Below the pieces are notes generated by a model. It searched no databases and was not told the DNA's origin. It was given only the letters and a program-made list of their open reading frames with translations. 64,000 bases of DNA from Euprymna scolopes (taxonomy: Eukaryota): the NCBI GenBank assembly GCA_053919585.1, contig CM132804.1. One strand, 5' to 3'. This document shows positions 63,816-64,000 of the stretch, one piece after another. The number at the start of each line of letters is the position of its first letter. The first letter of the stretch is position 1. The position numbers were made by a program, and so were the translations under genes.

Positions 63816-64000
63816 AACGAAGAGACATCGAAGGGCACGCTGCCTCACACTACAAACTATTTGTCAATACTGCGAGATACAAGATTTATCACTCAAACTA
63901 TTTCAAAAATATATATATCCCTTTCTAGGGATCATAGCAGTAAGATATTGGATTTAGGTTAGGGTTATGAGCTCATATTGATATGTAATATATCCCAGGT

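Noticed and set aside
63952-63966. TTAGGG-like motifs (also near 42281-42310)
   Set aside because: Only one or two units; not a telomeric array.

Overview
AT-rich, repeat-dense eukaryotic (animal) DNA. The repeat families look like those of octopod cephalopods, a taxonomic call made from recall only. There are two assembly gaps (17122-17284, 47469-47870). Two convergent, intron-rich genes can be rebuilt exon by exon with GT-AG sites and consistent phases. On +, the last 9 coding exons of the autophagy tether EPG5 run from 220 to the stop at 31776. On -, the last 6 coding exons of TBC1D32/BROMI (broad-minded) run from 62867 to the stop at 38486. Almost all supplied ORFs outside these exons are spurious or TE-derived. 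Introns and the intergenic space hold CR1/jockey-like, RTE, RTE-X and RLE-type LINE fragments, non-autonomous Helitrons/HINEs, several MITE families (some with intact TSDs), 5S- and tRNA-derived SINEs and four tandem arrays. The most unusual signal is a recurring set of Penelope-type minimal hammerhead-ribozyme motifs. In one repeat family a tRNA-like Pol III promoter and a hammerhead core sit directly behind a Penelope GIY-YIG remnant; the family is also dispersed as SINE-like copies and has seeded minisatellites. There is also a 44-bp palindrome carrying a hammerhead-like core on each strand, and a TSD-flanked 5S-rRNA/RTE chimeric SINE.
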